Origin: Candidatus Omnitrophota bacterium
Lineage (GTDB): Bacteria > Omnitrophota > Gorgyraeia > 1-14-0-20-64-10
Direction: 5' to 3'
NCBI GenBank assembly: GCA_023248155.1
Contig: JAHFFE010000002.1
Location: 124,824 to 188,823 of the forward strand
DNA: 64,000 nt
The position numbers and the translations under genes are program-made. The notes under the pieces were generated by a model, which made no database searches, was not told where the DNA came from, and was given only the letters and a program-made list of their open reading frames with translations. Every line of letters starts with the position of its first letter. The first letter of the stretch is position 1. Positions 32,065 through 42,129 of this stretch are shown piece by piece.

Positions 32065-33527
32065 AAAATTTCTTCCGGGTTGCGGCCGCACTTTTAGCGG
32101 TCCTGTTGATGGTTCCTTCGCTGGCATCGGCGATGGGTTCGTTGAGCCCCAATTTTGAGATATCGGCTCCGCCCGAAGCCCCTGATCTGCGGCCGATCAC
32201 GAAATCAGACCGCCTGTTGATCGTTGCGCCGCATCCCGACGATGAAGCGCTGGGAGCCGGCGGACTTTTGCAAAAGGCACTGGCGGCCGGCGCTGCGGTC
32301 CGTGTGGTTTATCTGACCTGCGGCGATTACAATGAACTGGCGTTTATTTTATTCCGCAAACGGCTGGGGCTTTCACCGGTGGTCAACCGGGAAATGGGAA
32401 AATTGCGCCAGGCTGAGGGTCAGGAAGCGATGACGCACCTGGGGCTTTCATCGGAGGATCTGGTTTTTCTCGGTTATCCTGACAGCGGTTTGATGGATAT
32501 CTGGAACGCGCATTGGGGAACGCAGGAACCGTTCAGGAGTCGTTCGACGCGTACCACCGAGATTCCATACGAACAGGCCGCTTCATTCGGGCATCCGCAT
32601 AAAGGCGAGGAGATCACCGCCGATTTGCAAAAAGAGATCGAACAGTTTCGCCCGACGCGAATTTTGGTGACCGGTCCGTTTGACAGCCATCCCGACCATG
32701 CGGCCGCCTGGCTGTTTACCTGGGCGGCGGTTTTGCAGTCGAAAGTTAACCCGCGCCTGGAACTGTTGGTTTATCCGGTGCATGTGCAGAATTGGCCGTT
32801 TCCGTATGGTCTGCATGCTGACCGCTGGCTTTCGATTCCGCTCCGGTTGCGCGGAGATCAGGCGAGATGGTTTTCGCTGCCGCTCTCGAAGGATGAGATT
32901 CGCCTGAAACGGACGGCGCTCGATTTTTATAAAACGCAGCAGGTGGAAGGAGAACGGTGGATGGCTTCATTCGCGCGCCGCAATGAACTGTTTGCCGACT
33001 ATCCGATGGCCGTGCTGCGGCGCGGGCAGTGGGCGTCGGATCAGCAGCTGTTGTCCGGGTCCGATAAAGAAGCGCTGGCGCTTCCGCAGGATGCCGAGAA
33101 TAAAACGGTCCGTCCGATCTCAAAAATTTCTTATCAGGTGGCCACCGAAGGGTTGTTGGTTCAGATTGTTCCCGACCAGTTGATCGACCTGGAAATCGGG
33201 TTGTATGTCCATATCGCCGGATTCCGCAGCGACAAGCCGTTTCAGGAAATGCCAAAACTGCAATTGCGCTGGCTGATGGGCAACGCGATCCGGCTGGAAA
33301 ACCAGGGGGAAAGTTTTGAGGATCCGTCGGTAACCGTTCAATTTTCCGGAGCGCGCCGTGCCATTTTGATTCCGTGGAAAGTGCTTGGAGATCCGGAATA
33401 TCTTTTTGTCCAGACGGAGGGCCAAATCGGCTGGATGACCACTTCGCGGACCGCCTGGCAGCTGATCCGGCGGGAGGAGATTAATCTGGTGCCGGAATCC
33501 GCGGTATTCAAAAAGGAGTCTTCCTAG
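32061..33527 (+). CDS. Secreted PIG-L/LmbE-family N-acetylglucosaminyl deacetylase with ~230-aa C-terminal extension
   Basis: Signal peptide, then the LmbE motif LLIVAPHPDDEALGAGG and ..HPDH... The C-terminal half has no match I recognise. Confidence 0.65.
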   Translation: MKNFFRVAAALLAVLLMVPSLASAMGSLSPNFEISAPPEAPDLRPITKSDRLLIVAPHPDDEALGAGGLLQKALAAGAAVRVVYLTCGDYNELAFILFRKRLGLSPVVNREMGKLRQAEGQEAMTHLGLSSEDLVFLGYPDSGLMDIWNAHWGTQEPFRSRSTRTTEIPYEQAASFGHPHKGEEITADLQKEIEQFRPTRILVTGPFDSHPDHAAAWLFTWAAVLQSKVNPRLELLVYPVHVQNWPFPYGLHADRWLSIPLRLRGDQARWFSLPLSKDEIRLKRTALDFYKTQQVEGERWMASFARRNELFADYPMAVLRRGQWASDQQLLSGSDKEALALPQDAENKTVRPISKISYQVATEGLLVQIVPDQLIDLEIGLYVHIAGFRSDKPFQEMPKLQLRWLMGNAIRLENQGESFEDPSVTVQFSGARRAILIPWKVLGDPEYLFVQTEGQIGWMTTSRTAWQLIRREEINLVPESAVFKKESS

Positions 33528-34264
33528 TGGCCGATTCAGCGCTGGTTCTGTTGCATCCATTTCCGTTGTCTTCCTCGTATTGGTCGGCGGAAAAAGAAGC
33601 GCTCGGCAAACGGTTTTCCGTCGTAGTGCCCGATCTTCCGGGATTTGGTTCGGCGCCGGTGCAGACCGACCCATCGATTGCCGGCATGGCCGCCGAGGTC
33701 GCTTCGCGGCTCGACAAGCAGGGGATCTCGGGACCGGTCATCGTGGCCGGCGTTTCAATGGGCGGTTATGTTGCGTTTGAATTTTTACGGCAGTTTCCGC
33801 AGCGCGTGGCCGGGTTGGCGCTTATTTCCACGCGCGCGTCGGCCGACACGCAGGAAGCGCGCGACAGCCGCCTTAAAACCATTGAAAAGATTGAAGCGGG
33901 TGACCGGGCCACATTCGAAAAAGCGGTGCTTCCAAAATTACTGGGTCAGACAACGATGGGAACCAATCCCGCGCTGGTTACGCGCGTGAAAGCCGAGTTG
34001 GAAAAAGCGCCCGCCGCCGGCATTATTGCCGCGCTGCGCGCGATGGCAGGCCGCGTTGACTCCACGCCGTTATTGGCGAAGATCCGTTGTCCGGTGCTGG
34101 TGATGGCCGGCACTGAAGATTCTTTTATTCCATCCGCGGAAGCGGAGGCAATGGCTGCCATTATTCCGTCGGCCCAGCTGGAACTGGTTGCCAGGGCAGG
34201 GCATCTGCTCAATTTGGAGCAGCCCGATCTGTTTCTTGAAATTTTCAACTCCTGGATTCGGTAA
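33527..34264 (+). CDS. Alpha/beta-fold hydrolase
   Basis: Nucleophile-elbow GVSMGG. Length 245 aa. Confidence 0.7.
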   Translation: MADSALVLLHPFPLSSSYWSAEKEALGKRFSVVVPDLPGFGSAPVQTDPSIAGMAAEVASRLDKQGISGPVIVAGVSMGGYVAFEFLRQFPQRVAGLALISTRASADTQEARDSRLKTIEKIEAGDRATFEKAVLPKLLGQTTMGTNPALVTRVKAELEKAPAAGIIAALRAMAGRVDSTPLLAKIRCPVLVMAGTEDSFIPSAEAEAMAAIIPSAQLELVARAGHLLNLEQPDLFLEIFNSWIR

Positions 34265-34303
34265 TCGGGGCTGTTACAGAAGTATAAAGAAGTATAAAGC
34301 CCG

Positions 34304-34332
34304 TTGACAACGGGTGAATGATCCCCTAATAT
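34304..34332 (+). promoter_or_regulatory. Near-consensus sigma70-type promoter (TTGACA-N17-TAATAT) upstream of the HTH gene and ilvD
   Basis: ttgaca at 34304-34309, a 17-nt spacer, taatat at 34327-34332. Followed by an imperfect leader hairpin (ggccaggc...gcctggc, 34348-34390). Preceded by the direct repeat agaagtataaag-aagtataaag. Confidence 0.45.
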
Positions 34333-34428
34333 AGGAAGCGTGGTCTTAAATGAGGCCAGGCGTCTTTTCCCGCAATGGAAAGGGTGCCTGGCTTCCTTAT
34401 TCTTATACTGAAAATTCAAGGAGTTCTG

Positions 34429-34635
34429 ATGAATCAGAATGATGTAATGACGGTTTCGGAAGTAGCCGATTATTTGCGGTTGAATCCGCAGACGGTTTAC
34501 CGCAAGGCGAAGGCCGGCGAATTACCGGCTTTGCGAATCGGGCGGGCGATCCGGTTTCATCGAGCCGAGCTGGAACAATGGCTTCGTTCCTCGATGACGG
34601 TGACCTCCTCTTCAGCGGCCGTAACCTATTTATGA
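34429..34635 (+). CDS. Small helix-turn-helix DNA-binding protein (excisionase/MerR-like family)
   Basis: [46 protein letters not shown] is the classic excisionase-family HTH. Its last codons overlap the ilvD start. Confidence 0.65.
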   Translation: MNQNDVMTVSEVADYLRLNPQTVYRKAKAGELPALRIGRAIRFHRAELEQWLRSSMTVTSSSAAVTYL

Positions 34636-36290
34636 AACTCAGAAGCGACGCTTTAAATAAAGGGTACGCGCGCGCGCCGGCCAGGGCGATGCTGCGCGCC
34701 GTCGGGTTTACCGACGCCGATTTCCGCAAGCCGATGATTGCCGTGGCGAACACCTGGACCGAGGTGATGCCGTGCAACATTCATTTGCGGCGGATCGCCG
34801 AGAAGATCAAGGCCGGCATCCGCGCCGGCGGCGGCGTGCCGGTGGAATGCAACACCATCTCCGTTTCCGACGGTATTTCGATGGGAACGGAAGGAATGAA
34901 ATGCTCTTTGATCAGCCGCGATCTGGTGGCCGATTCGGTGGAATTGTTCGTGCGCGGGCATTTATTTGACGGCGTTGTCGGTATCTCCGGATGCGATAAA
35001 ACGATTCCGGGAATGGCGATGGCGCTGGCACGGCTGAATCTGCCGGGGCTGGTGGTTTACGGCGGTTCAATCGCGCCGGGCCGTTTTCAGGGAAAAGATG
35101 TGACGATCCAGGATGTTTTTGAAGGGGTCGGCGCCTGTTCCTCCGGGAAAATCACCGAAGCGCAGTTGACCGAACTTGAAAAGAAGGCCTGTCCCGGGGC
35201 GGGCGCCTGCGGCGGACAATTTACCGCCAATACGATGTCGACGGCGATGGAATTGATTGGGATTTCGCCGATGGGCGTGAACAGTATTCCGGCGATGGAT
35301 CCCGACAAGGACAAAGCGGCATTTGAAGCCGGCAAATTGGCCGTGGAACTGGTATTTAAGAACCGCACGCCGCGACAAATCATGACGAAGCAGGCCTTTG
35401 AGAATGCGATTGCCGGCGTTGTGGCGACCGGCGGATCGACGAACGGCGTTTTGCATTTGCTGGCGCTCGCGCGCGAGGCCGGCGTGAAATTATCAATTGA
35501 AGATTTTGATGTTGTCAGCCGGCGTACGCCGATCTGGGCCGATATGAAACCATGGGGCCGATTCACGGCGCCCGATATGCATCGCGCCGGCGGGATTCGC
35601 CTGGTGGCGAAGCGGCTGCTCGACGCGAAACTACTGCACGCTAACGCGTTGACGGTGACCGGCAAGACGATCGGCGCCGAGGCGCGCACAGCGAAAGAAA
35701 CGCGCGGGCAAAAAGTGGTTCGTCCGGTGAATCAGCCGGTCAAGCCGACCGGCGGACTGGTGATTCTCAAAGGATCTTTATCTCCGGAAGGATGCGTTTT
35801 GAAAGTGGCCGGACAGACGGCGCTGCGGGTCAGCGGACCGGCGCGCGTTTTTGACAGCGAAGAACAGGCGTTCGCCGCGGTCAAGGGGCGCCGGATCAAG
35901 AAGGGTGATGTCGTCGTGATTCGCTACGAAGGACCGCGCGGCGGACCCGGAATGCGCGAGATGCTGGCCGTGACGGCGGCGCTCGTCGGGGAAGGGCTCG
36001 GCGATTCGGTCGCGTTGTTGACCGACGGACGGTTCTCGGGCGCCACGCACGGGTTCATGGCCGGCCATGTGGCGCCGGAAGCGGCTGTCGGCGGACCGAT
36101 CGCGGCGGTGCGTAACGGAGACCTGATCACGTTTGATGTGAAGAACCGGAAATTGAATTTGGAAATTTCAAAAGCGGAATTAAAAGCGCGGCTCAAACGG
36201 TGGAAAGCGCCGAAGCCGAAATATACCAGCGGCGTGATCGGGCGCTACGCGAAAATGGTCGGTTCGGCCAGTCAGGGAGCGGCACTGTGA
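34632..36290 (+). CDS. ilvD: Dihydroxy-acid dehydratase
   Basis: ILVD/EDD family motifs (..[11 protein letters not shown].., ..SGGTPGMRE.. region, ..LLTDGRFSG..). Start assigned to ATG 34632 (MKLRSDAL..), which matches the conserved N-terminus. The annotated longer ORF from 34578 is probably N-terminally over-extended. Confidence 0.85.
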   Translation: MKLRSDALNKGYARAPARAMLRAVGFTDADFRKPMIAVANTWTEVMPCNIHLRRIAEKIKAGIRAGGGVPVECNTISVSDGISMGTEGMKCSLISRDLVADSVELFVRGHLFDGVVGISGCDKTIPGMAMALARLNLPGLVVYGGSIAPGRFQGKDVTIQDVFEGVGACSSGKITEAQLTELEKKACPGAGACGGQFTANTMSTAMELIGISPMGVNSIPAMDPDKDKAAFEAGKLAVELVFKNRTPRQIMTKQAFENAIAGVVATGGSTNGVLHLLALAREAGVKLSIEDFDVVSRRTPIWADMKPWGRFTAPDMHRAGGIRLVAKRLLDAKLLHANALTVTGKTIGAEARTAKETRGQKVVRPVNQPVKPTGGLVILKGSLSPEGCVLKVAGQTALRVSGPARVFDSEEQAFAAVKGRRIKKGDVVVIRYEGPRGGPGMREMLAVTAALVGEGLGDSVALLTDGRFSGATHGFMAGHVAPEAAVGGPIAAVRNGDLITFDVKNRKLNLEISKAELKARLKRWKAPKPKYTSGVIGRYAKMVGSASQGAAL

Positions 36291-36298
36291 AATCATTG

Positions 36299-36871
36299 AT
36301 GAAAGCCGGACTGATGTTGGCGATGGCGCTGGGGTTGATGGCCGCTGCGCCGGTCGAGCAGAAGAAATCATTTGATGAATTAGCGAAAGAATCGCATCAG
36401 ATTTTACTGGTGCAGCGGGACATGCCGTTTCAGGATCCGGCTGATCCGTTGAATTACAAAATGAAGATCGTCGCGGTGCTTTATTCGGACGGGTTTTCCG
36501 AGTTTCATCCGGGTGAAAAGATTGAGGCGCGCGAAGCCGGTTATTTTAATCGGCCGAAGCTGCCGCCGATACCGATTCCGGATTATAACGAGGAGACCGG
36601 CGAGCCGCTCGAAAAACCGACAGCAGCGCCGGTCACTCCGGCACCGGTCGAACCGGCCAAAACCGACGAGGCGTGGGCGCCCCGATATGTCGGGTTCGAC
36701 GGGTCAACGCATAAGACGCCTGATTTATTGGCGCTGCGTGACCGGAAATTTATTGTCTTTGTGTTAAGTCAGGGATATCCCGACGGCTCCTCCCATTGGG
36801 AGTTTACGGCCGAGGGAGCGTACGAGCCGCTTTCACAGTTGGAAGCGGTAAGAGCTCGTCTCGAAACCTAG
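36299..36871 (+). CDS. Hypothetical secreted protein (signal peptide, Pro-rich linker)
   Basis: N-terminal signal peptide MKAGLMLAMALGLMAAAP. No recognisable domain. An alternative GTG start lies at 36287. The last 8 codons lie inside the left arm of the long inverted repeat. Confidence 0.5.
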   Translation: MKAGLMLAMALGLMAAAPVEQKKSFDELAKESHQILLVQRDMPFQDPADPLNYKMKIVAVLYSDGFSEFHPGEKIEAREAGYFNRPKLPPIPIPDYNEETGEPLEKPTAAPVTPAPVEPAKTDEAWAPRYVGFDGSTHKTPDLLALRDRKFIVFVLSQGYPDGSSHWEFTAEGAYEPLSQLEAVRARLET

Positions 36872-37123
36872 CGCGGCCGCGCTGGATGAAGTTACCAGCC
36901 GTGCAAGGCGAGAGGAGGAGGCATAGCCACATAGGCGCTATTCCGACGACGAGCAACGTCGCACGGCGAAGTAAATTCGGCCAGCCCTTTGGGTTTCGGT
37001 GGCAGGCCGCCGTCTCCGTCGGCGCTCTTCCTTGACGTATTACTGTGAATACGCCGTCGTCATCGCTTCTTGGATACGACGGCCTGGCACTCGAAACGCG
37101 GCTAGCGCTAGGTTTCGAGACGA
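36843..37123. repeat. ~280-bp element bounded by a perfect 22-bp inverted repeat (possible MITE or long stem-loop leader upstream of ilvB)
   Basis: agctcgtctcgaaacctagcgc (36847-36868) is the exact reverse complement of gcgctaggtttcgagacgagct (37101-37122). The right arm also forms a local hairpin (ctcgaaac..gtttcgag). Confidence 0.7.
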
Positions 37124-37251
37124 GCTCTATAACAAAAACTGGACAGTCACACGGCACCAACACTCTGAACGACGGGTGTCCGGTCCAAGCGGCCGGGCAT
37201 TGGTTTTCGGGGAATGGCTGTGGACGGCTGACGGTTTAAGGAGATAAAAGA

Positions 37252-38949
37252 ATGACGAAGATGAAGGGCGCTCAGATTTTAGTGGAATGTTTAAAGCGCG
37301 AGGGAACCGATGTGGTGTTCGGTTACCCGGGCGGGGCCAACCTGCCGATTTACGACGCGCTGTATGATTCCGGACTCAAGCATGTTTTAGTGCGGCACGA
37401 GCAGGGCGCCGCGCACATGGCCGACGGCTACGCGCGCGCGACCGGCAAGGTCGGCGTCTGCCTGGCCACATCAGGCCCGGGCGCGACGAACCTGGTAACC
37501 GGCATCGCGACGGCGTTCATGGATTCGATCCCGATGGTGGTGATCACGGGACAGGTGCGCAGTTATTTGATCGGCAACGACGCGTTTCAGGAAGCCGATG
37601 TATGCGGCATTACGCGGCCGATCACCAAACATAATTTTCTGGTCAAGAATGTAAACGATCTGGCGCGCACGATTCGCGAGGCGTTCTTGATCGCCGGGAC
37701 CGGCAAGCCGGGCCCCGTGCTGGTCGATATTCCGGTTGATATTTCACAGGCCGAGATTGAGTTTGTCTGGCCTGAGAAGATTGAGATTCGCGGGTACAAG
37801 CCGCAGCGGTTCGTCGAAGGCCATCGCGGCCAGATCGACAAGGCGGCGAAGATGCTGGTCGAGGCGAAAAAGCCGGTGATTTATATCGGCGGCGGCGCGG
37901 TGCTTTCGGAAGCGGCCGCGGAAATCCGCGAGCTGGTTGATTTGGTCGGCGCTCCGGTCACGACGACCTGCATGGCGCTTGGAATTTATCCGGAAGACAA
38001 GCCGTATTCGCTGCGAATGCTCGGTATGCATGGCGCGGCTTATACCAATTACGCGGTGCAGTATTGCGACCTGTTGTTCAACATCGGCGCGCGGTTTGAT
38101 GATCGCGTGACCGGCAAGGTCGAGACTTTTTCGCCGAAGTCGAAGAAGATCCATATCGACATCGATCCGGCGTCGATCGGCAAAAGCGTGGCCGTCGATG
38201 TTCCGATCGTGGGCGATGTGAAAAAAGTGGTCCGCGAACTGATCAAAGAGATTAAGGCGCTCAACGCCAAGCCGGATTACAAGGATTGGTGGGTGCAGAT
38301 TGAAGAGTGGAAGAAAAAGCATCCACTGAACTATGTTCCGTCGCGTAAGGGCGCCAAGATCAAGCCGCAGCATGTGCTTGAGGTGCTCTCGGAGCTGACC
38401 GGCGGTGATTGTCTGATGACGACCGATGTGGGCCAGCACCAGATGTGGGCCTGTCAGTTTTATCGCTGGACGCAGCCGCGCACCTACATCACGTCGGGCG
38501 GGCTCGGCACGATGGGCTACGGCCTTCCGGCGGCGATCGGCGCGCAGATGGGCAAGCCGAAGGAACTGGTGATCTGCCTATCGGGCGATGGTTCGTTCGT
38601 GATGAACATTCAGGAATTGGCGACGGCGGTCGATCAGAAACTGCCGATCAAGACGATCATCCTGAACAACGCGAACCTGGGCATGGTGCGCCAGTGGCAG
38701 GACATGTTCTACAACAAACGGTTTTCGTACAGCGGCATCCGTCCGCCGGACTTTGCGAAAGTGGCCGAAGGATTCGGCGCCAAAGGCATCACGATCACGA
38801 AGCCGGAAGATTTGAAGCCGATCCTGGAGAAGATACTCAAGGACGAATTTTGCTGGGTGGTCGACTGCATTTGCGACGAGGATGAGAAAGTGTTCCCGAT
38901 CATTCCTCCGGGCAAGGCGATCGACGAAATGATCATGGACATGGCATAA
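37252..38949 (+). CDS. ilvB: Acetolactate synthase large subunit (ThDP-dependent)
   Basis: TPP motifs (..GYPGGANLPIYDAL.., ..GDGSFVMNIQEL..). Length 565 aa. Followed by ilvN. Confidence 0.9.
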   Translation: MTKMKGAQILVECLKREGTDVVFGYPGGANLPIYDALYDSGLKHVLVRHEQGAAHMADGYARATGKVGVCLATSGPGATNLVTGIATAFMDSIPMVVITGQVRSYLIGNDAFQEADVCGITRPITKHNFLVKNVNDLARTIREAFLIAGTGKPGPVLVDIPVDISQAEIEFVWPEKIEIRGYKPQRFVEGHRGQIDKAAKMLVEAKKPVIYIGGGAVLSEAAAEIRELVDLVGAPVTTTCMALGIYPEDKPYSLRMLGMHGAAYTNYAVQYCDLLFNIGARFDDRVTGKVETFSPKSKKIHIDIDPASIGKSVAVDVPIVGDVKKVVRELIKEIKALNAKPDYKDWWVQIEEWKKKHPLNYVPSRKGAKIKPQHVLEVLSELTGGDCLMTTDVGQHQMWACQFYRWTQPRTYITSGGLGTMGYGLPAAIGAQMGKPKELVICLSGDGSFVMNIQELATAVDQKLPIKTIILNNANLGMVRQWQDMFYNKRFSYSGIRPPDFAKVAEGFGAKGITITKPEDLKPILEKILKDEFCWVVDCICDEDEKVFPIIPPGKAIDEMIMDMA

Positions 38950-38950
38950 C

Positions 38951-39442
38951 ATGGCAAAACATATCATTTCAGTACTCGTGGAAAATAAGTTTGGCGTGCT
39001 GGCGCGCGTGGCGTCATTGATCGCCGGGCGCGCGTTCAACATCGATTCGCTGGCTGTGGGTGAGACGGAAGATCCGACGGCGTCGCGCATGACGATCGTG
39101 TTTGACGGCGACGAGAAAACAATCGAACAGATCAAGAAACAGTTGAATCGTCTGATCGATGTGATCTCGACGCAGGATCTGACCAAAGAAGAGCATCTGG
39201 ACCGCGAGTTGATCATGGTCAAGATTTCGGTCAGTCCGAAGACGCGGCCCGAAGTGGTGGAAATCGCTGAAACGCTCAAGGCGGAAGTGGCCGATGTCGG
39301 CGTAAAAACGCTGACGCTGCTGCTCGTCGGGGATCAGGCGAAAATCAAGACTTTGCTGGAACTGGTGAAACCTTACGGCGTTAAGGAGATCGTCCGGACC
39401 GGACGGATTGCCCTGACGCGCGATATCGCGGGAGGAGTATAA
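38951..39442 (+). CDS. ilvN: Acetolactate synthase small (regulatory) subunit
   Basis: ACT-domain N-terminus ([33 protein letters not shown]). Length 163 aa. Confidence 0.9.
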   Translation: MAKHIISVLVENKFGVLARVASLIAGRAFNIDSLAVGETEDPTASRMTIVFDGDEKTIEQIKKQLNRLIDVISTQDLTKEEHLDRELIMVKISVSPKTRPEVVEIAETLKAEVADVGVKTLTLLLVGDQAKIKTLLELVKPYGVKEIVRTGRIALTRDIAGGV

Positions 39443-39443
39443 C

Positions 39444-40514
39444 ATGGCGAAAATTTATTACGACAATGATGCGGATTTAAACACACTCAAGGGCAAGCGG
39501 ATCGCGATCCTCGGATACGGAATCCAGGGCCGCGGCCATGCGCTGAACTTGCGCGATTCAGGTCTCGATGTCGTGGTCGCGCAGCGGCCGGGCGGCGTGC
39601 ATTATGACGAGGCCGTCGAGGACGGTTTTCAGCCGACCTCCGTCGCCGAAGCCTGCGCGCAGGCGCAGATCATCATGGTGCTGCTGCAGGATACGCTGCA
39701 GCCCGAAATTTACCGCACGGCGATCCTGCCCCATTTGAAGAAGGGCAAGGCGCTGGCATTCGCGCATGGATTCAATATTCATTTTCATCAGATCGAGCCG
39801 CCGAAGGAGATCGATGTTTTCCTGATCGCTCCGAAGGGGCCGGGCGCGTTGGTGCGCCAGCTCTATCAGCAGGGCGGTGGGGTTCCGGCGCTCGTGGCCG
39901 TTTATCAGGATGCCTCCGGCAGCGCCAAGAAAATCGCGCTGGCCTATGCCAAGGGAATCGGCGCGGCGCGCGCCGGCGTTCTGGAAACGACGTTTGCCGA
40001 GGAAACCGAGACCGACTTGTTCGGTGAGCAGGCCGTGTTGTGCGGCGGCGCCGAGCAGCTGATCAAGGCCGGGTTCGAAACGCTGGTCGAGAAGGGGTAT
40101 CAGCCTGAGGTGGCTTATTTCGAGTGTCTGCACGAGCTGAAGCTGATCGTCGACCTGGTTTATTCGAAGGGAATCCAGGGCATGTGGTCGCGCGTGTCGG
40201 AAACGGCGCGGTACGGCGGCATCACGCGCGGCGACCGGATCATCACCGGTGAAACGCGGGCCGAGATGCGCCGCATTTTAGCCGAGATCCAGAACGGCCA
40301 GTTCGCGAAGGAATGGATTACCGAGTGCCAGGCGGGCCGCCCGGTGTTCAAGGCGTTGTTGGCGCAGCGTGACCGGCATTTGATTGAGCTGGTCGGCGCG
40401 AAGTTGCGCGCGATGATGCCGTGGATCACCAAGCAGGATGCCCAAAAACCGACGGCTATTCAGACGAAAGCCCCGGTCAAAACAAATTCAAAGAAGGTAG
40501 CCAGCAAACGATGA
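39444..40514 (+). CDS. ilvC: Ketol-acid reductoisomerase
   Basis: NADP-binding [19 protein letters not shown], class I KARI length. C-terminal ~20 aa are basic-rich. Confidence 0.9.
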   Translation: MAKIYYDNDADLNTLKGKRIAILGYGIQGRGHALNLRDSGLDVVVAQRPGGVHYDEAVEDGFQPTSVAEACAQAQIIMVLLQDTLQPEIYRTAILPHLKKGKALAFAHGFNIHFHQIEPPKEIDVFLIAPKGPGALVRQLYQQGGGVPALVAVYQDASGSAKKIALAYAKGIGAARAGVLETTFAEETETDLFGEQAVLCGGAEQLIKAGFETLVEKGYQPEVAYFECLHELKLIVDLVYSKGIQGMWSRVSETARYGGITRGDRIITGETRAEMRRILAEIQNGQFAKEWITECQAGRPVFKALLAQRDRHLIELVGAKLRAMMPWITKQDAQKPTAIQTKAPVKTNSKKVASKR

Positions 40515-42049
40515 GCAAAAAAATTATTATATTCGACACCACGCTGCGTGACGGAGAGCAATGCCCCGGTGCGTCTTTAAATCCTACGCAAAAGCTGGAA
40601 GTGGCATTGCAGCTGGAGCGGTTGAATGTGGATGTGATCGAAGCCGGATTCGCGGTTTCATCGCCCGGTGATTTCGAAGGCGTCAACCGGATCGCGAAAG
40701 CGATTAAGAAGCCGATTGTGATCGCCAGCCTCTCGCGCGCGATGCCGAAAGATATTGAAGCATCCGCGAAGGCGCTCAAGCCGGCCAAGCGAAAACGGAT
40801 CCACACCTTCGTGGCGACTTCCGAGATCCATATGAAGTACAAACTGCGCAAGGCCGAGGATGAAATCATCCGGATCGCCGAGGATGCGGTCAAGCTGGCG
40901 CGGAAATATACCGATGATGTCGAATTTTCGTCGGAAGATGCGGCGCGCAGCAAGCCCGAATTTCTCTACCGCGTCATTGAAGCGGCGATTCGCGCCGGCG
41001 CGACCACCGTGAATATTCCGGACACGGTCGGCTGGGCGATTCCGAGCCAGTTCGGGTCTCTGATTCGCGGCATTCGCGAGAATGTTCCGAATATCGACAA
41101 AGCGGTCATTTCGGTTCATTGCCACAACGACCTGGGTCTGGCCACGGCCAACAGCCTGGCCGCCGTCGCCAACGGCGCGGGACAGGTGGAATGCACGATT
41201 AATGGTATGGGCGAGCGCGCCGGCAATGCCAGCCTCGAAGAAGTGGTGATGGCGCTGAAAGTGCGCAAAGATCTGTTCGGTGCCGAGGTCGGCGTCGACA
41301 CGCGTGAAATTTACAAATCCAGCAGGCTGGTTTCGAAGCTGACCGGGTTTGTCGTGCAGCCGAACAAGGCGATCGTCGGCAGCAACGCGTTCGCGCATGA
41401 GTCGGGCATCCATCAGGACGGCGTGCTGAAGTACCGCAAGACCTACGAGATCATGCATCCGAAAGAAGTCGGTTACGGCGAATCGAAGCTGGTCATGGGC
41501 AAGCACTCGGGGCGGCATGCGCTCAACGAGCGGCTCAAGGCGCTCGGGTTCAAGCTGGCCGATGAGGCGGCGCTCGTGGCGGCCTATGACAAATTCAAGG
41601 TGCTGGCCGACAAGAAAAAAGAATTGTTCGACGATGATTTGATCGCGATGATGGAAGACGATGCCGTTGCTTCTTCGAAGAAATATTCGCTCGAGTATCT
41701 GCATGTGAGCAGTGGAACCGGCGTTATCCCGACGGCCACGGTGCGCCTGAAAACGCCCGATGGAAAGGTCGTGCAGGGCGCTTCCAGCGGCGATGGGCCG
41801 GTGGATGCCTGCTTCAACGCGGTCGACCAGCTGATTCCGTTTAAAGGGAAACTGCAGGATTACATCATCCAGTCGGTCACTTCCGGCAAAGATGCGCTGG
41901 GCGAGGTCAAGGTGCGATTGGAATTGAAGGGGCGCGTCGAAACCGGCAATGCCGCTTCAACCGACATCATCGAGGCGTCAACGAAAGCTTATCTGAACGC
42001 GATTAACCGGCTTCTGTTTTTTAAGGGTGGGAACCGGACTCGTCCGTAA
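40511..42049 (+). CDS. leuA: 2-isopropylmalate synthase
   Basis: N-terminal [11 protein letters not shown] and the HxH region (..[10 protein letters not shown]..). Start ATG 40511 overlaps the ilvC stop. The annotated ORF start at 40421 is an over-extension. Confidence 0.9.
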   Translation: MSKKIIIFDTTLRDGEQCPGASLNPTQKLEVALQLERLNVDVIEAGFAVSSPGDFEGVNRIAKAIKKPIVIASLSRAMPKDIEASAKALKPAKRKRIHTFVATSEIHMKYKLRKAEDEIIRIAEDAVKLARKYTDDVEFSSEDAARSKPEFLYRVIEAAIRAGATTVNIPDTVGWAIPSQFGSLIRGIRENVPNIDKAVISVHCHNDLGLATANSLAAVANGAGQVECTINGMGERAGNASLEEVVMALKVRKDLFGAEVGVDTREIYKSSRLVSKLTGFVVQPNKAIVGSNAFAHESGIHQDGVLKYRKTYEIMHPKEVGYGESKLVMGKHSGRHALNERLKALGFKLADEAALVAAYDKFKVLADKKKELFDDDLIAMMEDDAVASSKKYSLEYLHVSSGTGVIPTATVRLKTPDGKVVQGASSGDGPVDACFNAVDQLIPFKGKLQDYIIQSVTSGKDALGEVKVRLELKGRVETGNAASTDIIEASTKAYLNAINRLLFFKGGNRTRP

Positions 42050-42085
42050 CAAGCGTTTTTCTGGAAATTGATAGCAGACCAGGAC

Positions 42086-42118
42086 GGGGCCACAAGTTGT
42101 GTGGCCCCGTTCATTCTT
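42086..42118 (+). terminator. Rho-independent terminator candidate after leuA
   Basis: Perfect 9-bp stem ggggccaca / tgtggcccc with a 5-nt loop (agttg), followed by gttcattctt. Confidence 0.6.
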
Positions 42119-42129
42119 AAAACAATACA

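Noticed and set aside
36872-37251. T-box riboswitch or Leu/Ile/Val-rich leader peptide upstream of ilvB
   Set aside because: No AAUUAGGGUGG T-box consensus. The small ORFs 36999..37247 and 37045..37239 are not rich in branched-chain codons. The region is better explained by the long inverted repeat.
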